A stretch of 33,909 nt of DNA from Pseudomonadota bacterium (lineage in GTDB: Bacteria > Pseudomonadota > Alphaproteobacteria > Sphingomonadales > Sphingomonadaceae), in the NCBI GenBank assembly GCA_018240825.1, contig JAFEEZ010000136.1, positions 1 through 33,909 on the forward strand, written 5' to 3'. A program made the translations under genes and the position numbers. Positions 18,272-28,355 of the stretch are shown here, piece by piece. The notes under the pieces were generated by a model. That model made no database searches and was not told the origin of the DNA. It saw nothing but the letters and a program-made list of their open reading frames with translations. Numbering within the stretch: the stretch's first letter is position 1; every line of letters begins with the position of its first letter.

Positions 18272-18861
18272 AGACAATTGGTCTGACCGGCTCGATCGGC
18301 ATGGGAAAATCGACCGTTGCGGCCATGTTCGCCGACGAAGGTGTCGCCGTGTTCGACGCCGACGCTGCGGTGCGGGCGTTGCAGGGACCGAACGGGCGGC
18401 TGCTTCCGGCAATCGAAATGGCGTTTCCCGGCACTACCGGGCCCGACGGCGTCGATCGCGCCGAACTTGGCGCCCGCGTGTTCGGCAAACCCGACGAACT
18501 CAGGCGTCTCGAAGCGATCGTCCATCCCGCCGTCGGCGAAGAGCGCGCCGCATTTCTGGCGCGGCATGCCGACGAGGCGATGGTCGTGTTCGACGTGCCG
18601 TTGCTGTTCGAGACCGGCGGCGATCGAACGGTCGACGTCACTGTGGTAGTCTCTTCCGACGCCGCGACGCAGGCCGCGCGCGTGCTGGCGCGACCGGACA
18701 TGACCAAGGAACGCCTGGCCGAAGTCCTGGCGCGCCAGATGCCGGACGCCGACAAGCGCGCGCTGGCCGATTTCGTCATTCGGACCGATTGCCCGATGGA
18801 TCAAACCCGGCACGCCGTGCGTAAGGTGATAGCTTGCGTGTCAGCAAACGAGGGCCGATAA
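18268..18861 (+). CDS. coaE: Dephospho-CoA kinase
   Basis: IGLTGSIGMGKST, LEAIVHP, DVPLLFE. Confidence 0.97.
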   Translation: MKTIGLTGSIGMGKSTVAAMFADEGVAVFDADAAVRALQGPNGRLLPAIEMAFPGTTGPDGVDRAELGARVFGKPDELRRLEAIVHPAVGEERAAFLARHADEAMVVFDVPLLFETGGDRTVDVTVVVSSDAATQAARVLARPDMTKERLAEVLARQMPDADKRALADFVIRTDCPMDQTRHAVRKVIACVSANEGR

Positions 18862-18869
18862 TCTCACCA

Positions 18870-19562
18870 ATGCGCGAAATCGTTTTCGACACCGAGACTA
18901 CCGGCCTCTCCTTCACTGCGGGCGACCGCTTGGTCGAAATCGGCTGTGTGGAGATGATCAACCGGGTCGAGACCGGACGCACATTCCACGCCTATTTTCA
19001 TCCTGAGCGGCCGATGCCGGCCGAGGCCCAGCGCATTCACGGCCTGTCGGACGCGTTTCTGTCGGACAAACCCAAGTTCCACGAAAAGGTGGAGGATCTG
19101 CTCGAGTTTATCGGTGATGCGATGCTCGTCGCGCACAATGCGACCTTCGACTTCGGGTTCCTGAACGGCGAGCTTACGAAGCTCGGCCGCGACGGGATAT
19201 CGCTCGATCGTATGATCGATACTGTCGCGATGGCGCGCCAGCGTCATCCCGGGGCCAAGCACTCGCTCGACGCGTTGTGCACGCGCTACGGCATCGACCG
19301 CAGCCACCGCGTGCTGCACGGCGCGCTGCTCGACGCGCAATTGCTGTGCCAAGTCTATGTCGAACTAACCGGCGGACGCCAGATCGGACTGACCCTCGTC
19401 AGCGAAGAAGAGGTCGTGATCCCCGTCCTCGACGCCGACCCGCGCTCCGCGCAGCCGCGGCCAATGCGCATCTTTGTCGCGAGCGACGAGGAACTTGCAC
19501 GCCATACGGCGTTCGTCGCCGGGTTGAAGAATCCGCTTTGGGGGGCCGACGCGTCCGGTTGA
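18870..19562 (+). CDS. dnaQ: DNA polymerase III epsilon subunit
   Basis: MREIVFDTETTG, AHNATFD, HGALLDA, LTGGRQ. Confidence 0.97.
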   Translation: MREIVFDTETTGLSFTAGDRLVEIGCVEMINRVETGRTFHAYFHPERPMPAEAQRIHGLSDAFLSDKPKFHEKVEDLLEFIGDAMLVAHNATFDFGFLNGELTKLGRDGISLDRMIDTVAMARQRHPGAKHSLDALCTRYGIDRSHRVLHGALLDAQLLCQVYVELTGGRQIGLTLVSEEEVVIPVLDADPRSAQPRPMRIFVASDEELARHTAFVAGLKNPLWGADASG

Positions 19563-19617
19563 CGCGTGACGCGGGCCGAGCGTAGCAGCGCCGGCTCGGC
19601 CAAGATGGAGAATGAAA

Positions 19618-20199
19618 ATGGATATCCGTGTCTCTGGACATCAGGTCGAAACCGGCGACGCTCTGCAAGGGCTGGTGCAGGATCGTCTCCAGGGGATCGC
19701 GGATAAATATTTCGCGCGCGCGATTTCGGCACAGGTCACCTTCGGCAAGGGGCCGCACGATGCGGGCTTCACCTGCGACGTCGTCGCGCACGTCATGCGT
19801 GGCGTGGTGCTGAAGGCGCGCAACGACGGTTATGACGCGCCGGGCGCCTTTGCTGGTGCGGCCGACAAGATCGAAAAGCAATTGCGGCGCTATATGCGGC
19901 GTCTCAACGACCGCAAGGGCGCTGACGGCGCCGATGGCGGCGAAGCCAACGGTTACGACAATGCCGGTTATACCTTGTTCCAGGAATCGACCGAGGATGA
20001 GCCGGCCGACGCGCCGCTGATCATTGCTGAAACGCGCGTCGATGTGCCCGACGCCAGCGTCGGCGATGCGGTGATGATGCTCGACCTGCGCAACACGCAG
20101 GCGCTGATGTTCCGCAATTCCGGGACGGGCGCTTACAATATGGTCTATCGCCGCGGCGACGGCACGATCGGCTGGGTCGAGCCGCAGCGCGCCAGTTAA
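19618..20199 (+). CDS. hpf: Ribosome hibernation promoting factor (long HPF/RaiA)
   Basis: MDIRVSGHQV, DKIEKQLRRY, C-terminal NMVYRRGDGTIGWVEP; GGAG SD 7 nt upstream. Confidence 0.94.
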   Translation: MDIRVSGHQVETGDALQGLVQDRLQGIADKYFARAISAQVTFGKGPHDAGFTCDVVAHVMRGVVLKARNDGYDAPGAFAGAADKIEKQLRRYMRRLNDRKGADGADGGEANGYDNAGYTLFQESTEDEPADAPLIIAETRVDVPDASVGDAVMMLDLRNTQALMFRNSGTGAYNMVYRRGDGTIGWVEPQRAS

Positions 20200-20214
20200 T
20201 AATACGGCGGCCGC

Positions 20215-20682
20215 ATGAACGACCTGTCGGACCTGATCCGGCCCGAGGCTGTCGCCGATGGGCTGACGGCGGTGAGCAAGAAGGCACTGCTACAGCAGCT
20301 CGGCCAGCTTGCCGCCGCTGCCTATGGCGTTGACGCCAAGGCGGCGGCGGAAGCGTTGGTCGAGCGCGAGAAGTTGGGCTCAACCGGGTTTGGCGGCGGC
20401 GTCGCGATTCCCCATGCGCGACTCGCCGGGATCGAGACCATTAGCGGCGTGGTGGCGACGCTCGCCAAACCGATCGATGTCGGCGCGGTCGACGATCTGC
20501 CAGTCGACCTCGTCGTTGCGCTGTTCTCGCCGCCCGGCGCAGGCGCGGATCATCTGAAGGCCCTGGCGCGGGTGTCGCGCGCACTGCGCGACGGCCAGTT
20601 CGTCGCGAAGCTGCGTGGCGCGGGGTCAAAGGACGCGATGTATGTTCTGCTCGCACGCGACGAGGCCAGGGATGCCGCCTGA
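20215..20682 (+). CDS. ptsN: PTS EIIA(Ntr)
   Basis: EREKLGSTGFGGGVAIPHAR phospho-His motif; HLKALARVSR; follows hpf. Confidence 0.93.
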   Translation: MNDLSDLIRPEAVADGLTAVSKKALLQQLGQLAAAAYGVDAKAAAEALVEREKLGSTGFGGGVAIPHARLAGIETISGVVATLAKPIDVGAVDDLPVDLVVALFSPPGAGADHLKALARVSRALRDGQFVAKLRGAGSKDAMYVLLARDEARDAA

Positions 20683-21124
20683 GGCAGGCGCCGCGGCGCA
20701 TTTCCGCGCGCTCGAATCGCTGTATGCCGTCGCGCCGATCAACAATATGTTCGATTCGCGGCTTTCGATTCCGGAGGCGGGCGTCGCGCGAATCAGCTTC
20801 GCAATCGAACCCGGGCACTATCATGCCGGAGGCGCGGCGCATGGGACGAGCTATTTCAAGATGCTCGACGACGCCGCGTTCTACGCGTGCAATAGCCTGG
20901 TCACCGACCGTTTCCTGCTGACGACCGCGTTCAACCTGCTGTTCACGCGCCCGCTCAAGGCCGGACCGGTGGTCGCCGAGGGCCGCTGGGTCAGCGGCCA
21001 ACGCCGCGTGTTCGTCGGCGAGGCGCGCTTGATCGACGCCGATGGCGAGGAAGCGGCGCGCGGGACGGGGACGTTCATGCGATCGTCGATCCCGCTCGCC
21101 GGTTTGCCGGGATATTCCGGCTGA
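20672..21124 (+). CDS. PaaI-family (hotdog-fold) thioesterase
   Basis: HAGGAAHGTSYFKMLDDAAFYA, TTAFNLLFTRP, ARGTGTF. Confidence 0.88.
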   Translation: MPPEAGAAAHFRALESLYAVAPINNMFDSRLSIPEAGVARISFAIEPGHYHAGGAAHGTSYFKMLDDAAFYACNSLVTDRFLLTTAFNLLFTRPLKAGPVVAEGRWVSGQRRVFVGEARLIDADGEEAARGTGTFMRSSIPLAGLPGYSG

Positions 21125-21456
21125 GCGCGCGGCTCGCCAGCAATGCGCTGGTCAACGCGCTGGTGCGCCGCGCCAATGCCCAAGGCGGGGTCGTCACGGT
21201 GCTGGCGAAGGGCGACGCCACCGCCGGCGCGATCCTGATCGTGGCCCAGGAACGTGGTGAAAATCCGCGCCTTCTGGAGCGCGGAATTGGGCCGGACGGG
21301 CGCACCGAGATCATCGCCACCGGACCCGCGGGCGAGTCGGAAGAAATAACCGACTACTGGATACGGCGTCGGCGGGGCGATCCCGATCTATGGGTTGTGG
21401 AGGTGGATATCGCAGCGGCGGAACGATTCGTCGCTGAAACGATGTTAACGGATTGA
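21121..21456 (+). CDS. DUF1491-family protein (probable CTG start)
   Basis: TVLAKGDATAGAILIV and RRRRGDPDLWVVEVD motifs; the expected N-terminus (SARLASNALVNALVRR) extends upstream of the GTG at 21163 to CTG 21121. Confidence 0.8.
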   Translation: MSARLASNALVNALVRRANAQGGVVTVLAKGDATAGAILIVAQERGENPRLLERGIGPDGRTEIIATGPAGESEEITDYWIRRRRGDPDLWVVEVDIAAAERFVAETMLTD

Positions 21457-21610
21457 CTTGCTGCACTGCACAATCCACAGCAGGTTCACTATAGTTCGCG
21501 TTGTGTCGTTACGGGTGCGATCCGTGTCGATTACGCAGTCGGGGGGTAGTCCGGCTCGGTCCTTTGATATGCGACCGCGACCGCACACCAACCGCACTTA
21601 AGCCAGTTGA

Positions 21611-22276
21611 ATGTCGTTTCTCTCTCGCGCCACGGGACCCGTGGCTATTGTTGTTACCCTGTTCGCGCTGCTCGGGATGAGCAGCCCCAGCAAGGCTTGG
21701 GATCTGACTCGCATGCCCGTCGCGGCCGCCGTCACCGTCATCCCCGCCATTGAAAACCTTCCGGACACAGTTCCGGCTCCCACCACGACGCTGAAGCCCG
21801 CCACCGACGCGACGCCGGACGAAGTGTCGGTCGCGACGACGCCGGCGCTGGCTCCGGGTCTCGCCTTCGCTAGCCTCGCCGCCGCTGTCGCCGCCCAGGA
21901 CATGAGCGGCGGTATGAGCGATGAACTCGAATGCCTGGCTGAAGCGGTCTATTTCGAATCGAAGGGCGAGCCGCTTTCGGGCCAGCTCGCAGTCGCGGAG
22001 GTGATCATCAACCGCACGACGTCGGGTCGCTTCCCGAAGACGATCTGTTCGGTCGTCAAGCAGCCGGGGCAGTTCTCTTTCGTGCGCGGCGGCCGCATCC
22101 CCGACGCGCCGGCGGGCCCGCAATATCGCACCGCGACCGCGATCGCGAAGGTCGCGCTGGCCGACGTATGGGACAGCCCCGCGTCCGATGCGCTCTATTT
22201 CCACGCTCGCCGCGTCTCGCCCGGCTGGAACCGCGCGCGTGTCGCCACGATCGGGAACCACGTTTTTTTCCGCTGA
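21611..22276 (+). CDS. SleB-like cell wall hydrolase (Hydrolase_2)
   Basis: N-terminal signal, Pro/Thr linker, CLAEAVYFESKGE, VAEVIINR, FPKTICSVVKQPGQFSF, ALYFHA, IGNHVFFR. Confidence 0.93.
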   Translation: MSFLSRATGPVAIVVTLFALLGMSSPSKAWDLTRMPVAAAVTVIPAIENLPDTVPAPTTTLKPATDATPDEVSVATTPALAPGLAFASLAAAVAAQDMSGGMSDELECLAEAVYFESKGEPLSGQLAVAEVIINRTTSGRFPKTICSVVKQPGQFSFVRGGRIPDAPAGPQYRTATAIAKVALADVWDSPASDALYFHARRVSPGWNRARVATIGNHVFFR

Positions 22277-22291
22277 GTGCGGGTTTATTCC

Positions 22292-22306
22292 GTTCGCTTA
22301 ATGTTC
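22292..22306 (+). promoter_or_regulatory. LexA (SOS) box of mmcB
   Basis: GTTC-GCTTAAT-GTTC, 12 bp before the GTG; mmcB is a known SOS gene in Caulobacter. Confidence 0.85.
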
Positions 22307-22318
22307 TAAGACGGGGAG

Positions 22319-22819
22319 GTGCTCGACGCGTCTCCCCGTTGTCCCCCGATCGGCGACGAAGTCCTGTGCGCGATGGATGTCGCGCGCGGCGTCATCCGCA
22401 TGCTCGCGCGCCACGATCTGGCGGCGATGACCGAAGTTCCGCTCGATGGCGGTCGTCGCGCGGACATCATGGCGATCGACGCGCGCGGCCAGATCGTCAT
22501 CGTCGAGATCAAGGTGTCGCGCGCCGACCTCCTCGGCGACGGCAAATGGTTCGACTATCTCGACCATTGCGACCGCTTCTTCTGGGCGGTGCCGGCGGGG
22601 TTCGACCATGGCCCACTGCATGGCGAGGCATTCCTGCCCGAGCGGTCGGGGGTGATCGTCGCTGATCGTTACGACGCGGCGATCCTGCGCGAGGCGGCGA
22701 CGCATCCGTTGACCAGCGCCGGGCGCAAGAAATGCACGTTGGCCTTTGCGCGGCGCGCAGCGCGCCGGTCGACCGGGCTGGCCGATCCCGAATTGGGGTT
22801 CCTGCTGCAAGCGTCGTAG
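22319..22819 (+). CDS. mmcB: MmcB-family DNA repair protein (DUF2161, PD-(D/E)XK-like)
   Basis: [55 protein letters not shown]; SOS box upstream. Confidence 0.9.
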   Translation: MLDASPRCPPIGDEVLCAMDVARGVIRMLARHDLAAMTEVPLDGGRRADIMAIDARGQIVIVEIKVSRADLLGDGKWFDYLDHCDRFFWAVPAGFDHGPLHGEAFLPERSGVIVADRYDAAILREAATHPLTSAGRKKCTLAFARRAARRSTGLADPELGFLLQAS

Positions 22820-22864
22820 CGCCACGCCGTCAGACGGGACGGCTATGCCGGCCCCGCTGCCCGC

Positions 22865-24445
22865 TCAATGCCGGAAGTGGCGCATCCCGGTGAAGATCAT
22901 CGCCAGCCCGGCTTCGTCCGCCGCGGCGATGACCTCATCATCGCGGATCGAGCCGCCCGGCTGGATCACCGCGGTCGCGCCTGCTTCGACCGTCGCCAGC
23001 AACCCATCGGCAAACGGAAAGAATGCGTCCGACGCGACTGCGGAGCCGATCGTATGCGGTGCGAGCCAACCCGCTTTGTCGGCCGCATCCTTCGCTTTCC
23101 ACGCCGCGATGCGCGCGCTTTCCAGCCGGTTCATCTGGCCCGCGCCGATGCCGGCTGTGGCGCCGTTCCTGGCATAGACGATTGCGTTCGACTTGACGTG
23201 TTTGGCGACCGTCCAGGCGAAGCGGCAGTCGGCGAACTCCTGCGGAGTCGGCTGGCGCTTGGTGACGACACGCAACGCGTTGTCGTCGATCGACCCGTTA
23301 TCGCGGCTCTGGACCAGCCAGCCGCCAGTTATCGCCTTCGCGGCCAAACCCGGGCGGCGCGGATCGGGCAGTTCGCCGGTCAGCAACAGGCGAAGGTTCT
23401 TCTTGGCCGCGAACAATTCCACCGCCTCCGCATCGGCGTCGGGCGCGACGACCACTTCGGTGAAAATCCCGGCGATCGCCCGTGCTGTCGCCGCGTCGAG
23501 CGGGCGGTTGACCGCGATGATCCCGCCGAACGCTGAGACGGTGTCGCACTCGTAGGCGGCTTTATAGGCGTCGGCGAGCGTGGCGGCGGTGGCGACGCCG
23601 CAGGGATTGGCGTGCTTTACGATGACGCATGTCGGGTCGGCGTTGCGGAATTCGGCGATCAGGTCGAGCGCAGCGTCGGCGTCGTTGAGGTTGTTGTAGC
23701 TCAGCGCCTTGCCCTGCACTTGCCGCGCCTGGCCGATCCCGCGCGCGGCGGGATCGGTCGCGGCGTAGAAGGCGGCGGTCTGGTGGGGGTTCTCGCCGTA
23801 GCGCAATTCCTCGCCCGCGCGCGTCAGCACCAGCGGGAGCGTCGGCGGGAAACGCTCGCCCTGATCGGCGAAGGCGAACCAGCTGGCGATCATCGAGTCA
23901 TAGGCCGCGGTCGCGGCGAACGCCTTGGCCGCAAGCTTCTTGCGCTCGTCGAGCGACGTCTCGCGGCGCGCGATCATCGCATAGTCGGCCGGATCGGTGA
24001 CGATCGCGACGAAGGCATGGTTCTTCGCCGCCGATCGCACCATCGACGGGCCGCCGATATCGATATTCTCGATGACCTCTTCGCGGCCCGCGCCCTTCGC
24101 GACGGTCTGCGCGAAGGGATAGAGGTTGACGACGACCAGGTCGATCGCGCCGATGCCGTGCTCAGCCATCGCGGCGGCATGCGCGTCGTCGTCGCGCACC
24201 GCCAGCAAACCGCCATGGACCATCGGGTGAAGCGTCTTGATCCGGCCGTCCATCATTTCGGGAAAGCCGGTCAGGTCGGACACGTCGCGCACCGTCAGCC
24301 CGGCGTCGCGCAACGCGGTCGCGGTGCCGCCGGTCGAGACGAGCTCGACGCCCTGCGCCGCCAGCGCCGTCGCCAGATCCACGATCCCGGTCTTGTCGGA
24401 CACAGACAGCAAGGCGCGCCTGATCGGGACGATATCGGTCGGCAT
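22865..24445 (-). CDS. purH: Bifunctional AICAR transformylase / IMP cyclohydrolase
   Basis: Start ATG 24445; [51 protein letters not shown]. Confidence 0.98.
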   Translation of the reverse strand: MPTDIVPIRRALLSVSDKTGIVDLATALAAQGVELVSTGGTATALRDAGLTVRDVSDLTGFPEMMDGRIKTLHPMVHGGLLAVRDDDAHAAAMAEHGIGAIDLVVVNLYPFAQTVAKGAGREEVIENIDIGGPSMVRSAAKNHAFVAIVTDPADYAMIARRETSLDERKKLAAKAFAATAAYDSMIASWFAFADQGERFPPTLPLVLTRAGEELRYGENPHQTAAFYAATDPAARGIGQARQVQGKALSYNNLNDADAALDLIAEFRNADPTCVIVKHANPCGVATAATLADAYKAAYECDTVSAFGGIIAVNRPLDAATARAIAGIFTEVVVAPDADAEAVELFAAKKNLRLLLTGELPDPRRPGLAAKAITGGWLVQSRDNGSIDDNALRVVTKRQPTPQEFADCRFAWTVAKHVKSNAIVYARNGATAGIGAGQMNRLESARIAAWKAKDAADKAGWLAPHTIGSAVASDAFFPFADGLLATVEAGATAVIQPGGSIRDDEVIAAADEAGLAMIFTGMRHFRH

Positions 24446-24486
24446 GGCTGGCTCCTGCGGGTCGGTGTCGTGGTCCCGATGGCCGA

Positions 24487-26211
24487 TCAGGTGGCGCGCT
24501 TCAAGGCCCAGCCGATGCTTTCGCCGCCTGCGGCCGCCGCACCGCTGATCACCACTTGCTGCGTCGACACAGGCCGCCCGTCGGGGTCGATCCACAGGCT
24601 TTCCTCGATCGTCAGCCGACCGCCGCGGCAGCGGAATTGCCACAGCTTTCCCGAGGGCAAGCGGAGAAGCGCCGCCATGCCGTCAGTCGTCGGCGCGGCC
24701 TCGACTCCCGGACCCAGGTGGAATCGGATCGCGTAGTTGCTCGCTGCATTCTTGCGCCGCCGCCCGGCAGGCAACAGCATGTCGTCGCCGCGCAATTCGC
24801 GGCCGTCTGCGGCGAGGAGCAACTGGCGGCGGTGGAGAAAACCGAAACGCCGAGCATAACCGTCATGACTCGCCTCGATCCGGCTGCCCGCAGATGATTC
24901 CTGACGCGCCTGTTCGACTTCGGCGACGCCGCGACCGAGCGTGCCGTCGGGATGAATCGCAGTCGAATTGCTGTCACCGACCACCAGCGTCGAATGCGCC
25001 GCCGTGGTGCGCAGGCCGTCGGCAAGCGCCTGGGGAATCTGTGCGATCGCCGCGCGCGCTCCGCCGCAATTGACCACCAGTCGATCCGCGCCATCGGACA
25101 TTTCGAACGCCAGCGTCGAGGCGCAGCCGCCCGCGGTCAGCCGGGCGATCGGCGGCGGCGCGGCGTCCATGATGACGACCGCTTGCCCCTGCGCGAGCCG
25201 CTGATACCCCCAGTCGCGCGCCTGGCGCAGCGGCCGCGCGCGCACCCCGGTCGCGGCGATAACCTCGTCGATGCGATCGGGACGGACCGGACCGCCGCCC
25301 TGCCAGCTCGACAGGCTGCGATCGGCATGACACACGCCCTGCAGCGCGGGCACCATTCGTCCTAACGCCGCCGATAGCGCCGCAGGCGGCGCGAGCCGGC
25401 GCGTGTCGTAGACAGCGCGCAGCATCGTCAGCAGCATGATGATGTCGAGCTGGATGTAAGGCGCGCGGGCGGTGACGCCGCCATCCTCGTGCACCGCCTG
25501 CTCGATTGCGCGCGCGATGCCGTCCTCGCCGATCTGGCGCCGCGTATCGCCCCCGGGGATCAGCAGCCCCGCGGCGATCACCCCGCACCACGCGGCGATG
25601 CGCGGGAGCCCGACGGGCGCCTTGTCGGCGACGCGATCGAGATGCCTCGCCCCGCGCGCGAGCGTGTTGAGCACCAGGCTGCGATAGATCAGGTCGGCCG
25701 ACGACAGGATCAGCGGCGCGTGCGCGGTCCAGTGCAGGATGCGGCGACCCCAGGTCTCCGCGTTCCAGGCGGGCTCGCTGACCTTTTCGGCGTGGATGCT
25801 GAGCCAGGCGCGCATCAACGCCTCCGCCGGCGGCACGCCGACGGCGCGCGGCGCGACCGCCGCCAGGTCGCGCAGCCACGCGAAACTGTGGACATGGTCG
25901 GCGAACGCCGGCGACCAGTTCGGCTGCGCGAAGTCGAGATCGTCGAACGCGATGCTTTCGCCGCGGAACGTCATGCGGCTTTCGAGAAGCGCGTTGCCGC
26001 GCCGCGGGTCGCCGACGAATGGATCCTCCGGAACCGCTACCAGCTTGAGTGGGTGGCGCCCGCGCAGGCGAAAGGCGTGCAACGGGGTGCGCCAGGCGAG
26101 ACGGCGGAAGCGTTCGGACACCCGCTCGGCCAGCGACAGACCGCCGCTGCCGCCGTGGCGGATCAGCCGCTTGCCTTCCTCGATACTGTCGGAGCCGTCC
26201 TCGTCGCTCAC
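24487..26211 (-). CDS. Heparinase II/III-family protein
   Basis: [41 protein letters not shown]; conserved rsmB-rpe-heparinase-purH order. Confidence 0.88.
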   Translation of the reverse strand: MSDEDGSDSIEEGKRLIRHGGSGGLSLAERVSERFRRLAWRTPLHAFRLRGRHPLKLVAVPEDPFVGDPRRGNALLESRMTFRGESIAFDDLDFAQPNWSPAFADHVHSFAWLRDLAAVAPRAVGVPPAEALMRAWLSIHAEKVSEPAWNAETWGRRILHWTAHAPLILSSADLIYRSLVLNTLARGARHLDRVADKAPVGLPRIAAWCGVIAAGLLIPGGDTRRQIGEDGIARAIEQAVHEDGGVTARAPYIQLDIIMLLTMLRAVYDTRRLAPPAALSAALGRMVPALQGVCHADRSLSSWQGGGPVRPDRIDEVIAATGVRARPLRQARDWGYQRLAQGQAVVIMDAAPPPIARLTAGGCASTLAFEMSDGADRLVVNCGGARAAIAQIPQALADGLRTTAAHSTLVVGDSNSTAIHPDGTLGRGVAEVEQARQESSAGSRIEASHDGYARRFGFLHRRQLLLAADGRELRGDDMLLPAGRRRKNAASNYAIRFHLGPGVEAAPTTDGMAALLRLPSGKLWQFRCRGGRLTIEESLWIDPDGRPVSTQQVVISGAAAAGGESIGWALKRAT

Positions 26212-26870
26212 CCGCCCCTCAACGCTGCGATATTGGCGGCATAGGCGTCCGGCCCGCCCTTGAAGGTCGCGGTGCCGGCAACGAGTGCGTCGGCCCCCGC
26301 GGCGATCGCGCGCGGCGCGGTGACTCGGTCGATCCCGCCATCGACTTCGAGATCGACGGTGAGACCTTGCTTGTCGATCATCGTCCGCACGGCCTCGATC
26401 TTGCGCAGCGAGGATTCGATGAAGCTTTGCCCGCCGAACCCCGGATTGACGCTCATCACGAGCACGAGATCGACTTCCTCGAGCAGATAATCGAGCGCCT
26501 TGGCCGGGGTTTGCGGGTTCAGCACGACGCCGGGGCGCTTGCCGAGCGATCGGATGTGGCGAAGGCTGCGATGCGTGTGCGGGCCTGCTTCGATATGGAT
26601 CGATATCGTATCGGCGCCCGCTTCGGCGAACTGGTCGAGATACGGATCGACCGGCGCGATCATCAGATGGACGTCAAGTGGTTTGGCGGTGCACGGGCGG
26701 ATCGCCTTCACCACGGCGGGGCCGATCGTGATGTTGGGGACGAAATGGCCGTCCATCACATCGACATGGATCCAGTCGGCGCCGGCGAGGTCGATCGCGC
26801 GGACCTCTTCGCCCAATCGCGCGAAATCGGCGCTGAGAATCGACGGCGCGATGCGGACGGGTTGCTGCAT
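26208..26870 (-). CDS. rpe: Ribulose-phosphate 3-epimerase
   Basis: IAPSILSADF, HVDVMDGHFVPN, DVHLMI, MSVNPGFGGQ, VDGG. Confidence 0.98.
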   Translation of the reverse strand: MQQPVRIAPSILSADFARLGEEVRAIDLAGADWIHVDVMDGHFVPNITIGPAVVKAIRPCTAKPLDVHLMIAPVDPYLDQFAEAGADTISIHIEAGPHTHRSLRHIRSLGKRPGVVLNPQTPAKALDYLLEEVDLVLVMSVNPGFGGQSFIESSLRKIEAVRTMIDKQGLTVDLEVDGGIDRVTAPRAIAAGADALVAGTATFKGGPDAYAANIAALRGG

Positions 26871-26880
26871 GACAGCGCTC

Positions 26881-28131
26881 CTATCCGGCGCGCACGAATC
26901 GGGCAATGAAGAAGCCGTCGCAGCCACCCGCTTCTTCCAGTGCGCCCGGCAGGATGCGGACCCAATCTTCCGGCGCGGGTGCGATACCGGCGGGAAGTTC
27001 GTCCGCGCGGATCGGATCGATCGCGAAACCCCGGTTGGCGGACAAGAAGGCTGCGACCTGCTCCTCGCCCTCGGCGCGTTCGAGCGAGCAGGTCGCGTAG
27101 ACCATCCGTCCGCCCTTCCTGAGCCAACCCGCGGCGTGCGCGAGCAAGTGGCGCTGGAGGTCGGCCATCTGGTCGATCAGCACGGGTTGGACGCGGTGGA
27201 TCACGTCGGGGTGGCGGCGGAAGATGCCGGTCGCGCTGCACGGCGCGTCGATCAGGACCGCATCGGCCGGGGCGGACGGGCGCCAGCTCGTCGCGTCGCC
27301 TGCGACGACCTCCGCCGACAGCCCGGTGCGCTCCAGATTGGCGCGAAGTCGCGCGAGACGACTTTCCGCAATGTCGATCGCGGTGACGGTCCAGCCCGCG
27401 GCGGCGAGCTGCATCGTCTTGCCGCCGGGTGCGGCGCAGGCGTCGATTGCAAAGCCGTTCCCGGGGCCGAGCAAGCGTGCGGGGAGCGACGCGGCAATGT
27501 CCTGCACCCACCATGCGCCCGCGTCATAGCCGGGCAGATCGGGGATCGCGGCGCCGCGCGGCAGACGGCGATGGCCGGGGAGCAATTCGCGGCCTTCGGG
27601 GCCATCGCCGCTCTTCAGGGTCAAGTCGAGCGGCGGCGGGGTCGCCATCGCGCGTGCGGCGGCGGCGGCCACTCCGCCGCCCCATTGTCCGCGCCAACGC
27701 TCGGCGGTGGCGGCGGGCAGCGTGGGTGGGTCGGGCAAGGTCACCTCGCGGCGGCTAAGCGTGCCGAACACGCCATGGACCAGTTTGCGCGGGCCGCCAT
27801 CGACCAGCGGCAGCACGGTGGCGATCGCAGCGTGGCCCGGCGTGCCGAGCGCGAGCATCTGCGCGAGCGCGATTCGCAACGCGAATCGCGCCTTGGCGTC
27901 GTCAGGCAGGCGCGCTCGCGTCGCCGAATCGATCAGCGCGTCGAGATCGGGCAAGTGGCGCAGCACCTCCGCCGCAATCGCCCGGGCCAGCGCGCGGTCG
28001 TTGTCGGCGCGGATGCTGGCGAGCGCGCGCCCGGCCGCCTGCTCGATCGTCTCGCCCCGGCGGAGCACCGCGTCGAGCAGACGCAGCGCCGCCTGACGCG
28101 CCGGGGCGCCGGGGGGAAGCGGCTGGTTCAT
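26881..28131 (-). CDS. rsmB: RsmB/NOP-family RNA m5C methyltransferase with NusB-like N-terminus
   Basis: WWVQD, DACAAPGGKT, DAPCSATG, RRHPD, YATCSL, DGFF. Confidence 0.92.
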   Translation of the reverse strand: MNQPLPPGAPARQAALRLLDAVLRRGETIEQAAGRALASIRADNDRALARAIAAEVLRHLPDLDALIDSATRARLPDDAKARFALRIALAQMLALGTPGHAAIATVLPLVDGGPRKLVHGVFGTLSRREVTLPDPPTLPAATAERWRGQWGGGVAAAAARAMATPPPLDLTLKSGDGPEGRELLPGHRRLPRGAAIPDLPGYDAGAWWVQDIAASLPARLLGPGNGFAIDACAAPGGKTMQLAAAGWTVTAIDIAESRLARLRANLERTGLSAEVVAGDATSWRPSAPADAVLIDAPCSATGIFRRHPDVIHRVQPVLIDQMADLQRHLLAHAAGWLRKGGRMVYATCSLERAEGEEQVAAFLSANRGFAIDPIRADELPAGIAPAPEDWVRILPGALEEAGGCDGFFIARFVRAG

Positions 28132-28196
28132 GCTTGAAGAACGGTCATCACCGGCCCATCTGGCGGATGTGCTCACGCACCGCAAACGAGATCGCC

Positions 28197-28355
28197 ATGC
28201 CCCGCCCGTCGCACGTCAAGCCGCCCGCCTATTTGACCCCCAGCCCTTCCGTACCCGAACCGGAGCACGTTGAGGCGTCGAAGGATGCCCCCTTGGGCGA
28301 GGACCCGACGCGCTACGGTGACTGGACGTTGAAGGGGATCGCGGTCGATTTCTAG
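28197..28355 (+). CDS. DUF1674 (SDHAF4-like) small protein
   Basis: C-terminal DPTRYGDWTLKGIAVDF signature; divergent from rsmB. Confidence 0.88.
   Translation: MPRPSHVKPPAYLTPSPSVPEPEHVEASKDAPLGEDPTRYGDWTLKGIAVDF

Noticed and set aside
19574-19601. 8-bp inverted repeat upstream of hpf
   Set aside because: All-GC stem with a 12-nt loop and no U-tract; plausible by chance at this GC content.
19618-20682. hpf-ptsN not preceded by rpoN
   Set aside because: Appears to be an ordinary lineage rearrangement; nothing in the sequence suggests a new function.
21471-21497. DnaA-box-like CAATCCACA and LexA-like GTTC-N6-GTTC upstream of the hydrolase
   Set aside because: Isolated 2-mismatch box, and the LexA-like spacer is 6 rather than 7 nt.
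24446-24486. ZTP riboswitch before purH
   Set aside because: Only 41 bp of intergenic space and no motif.
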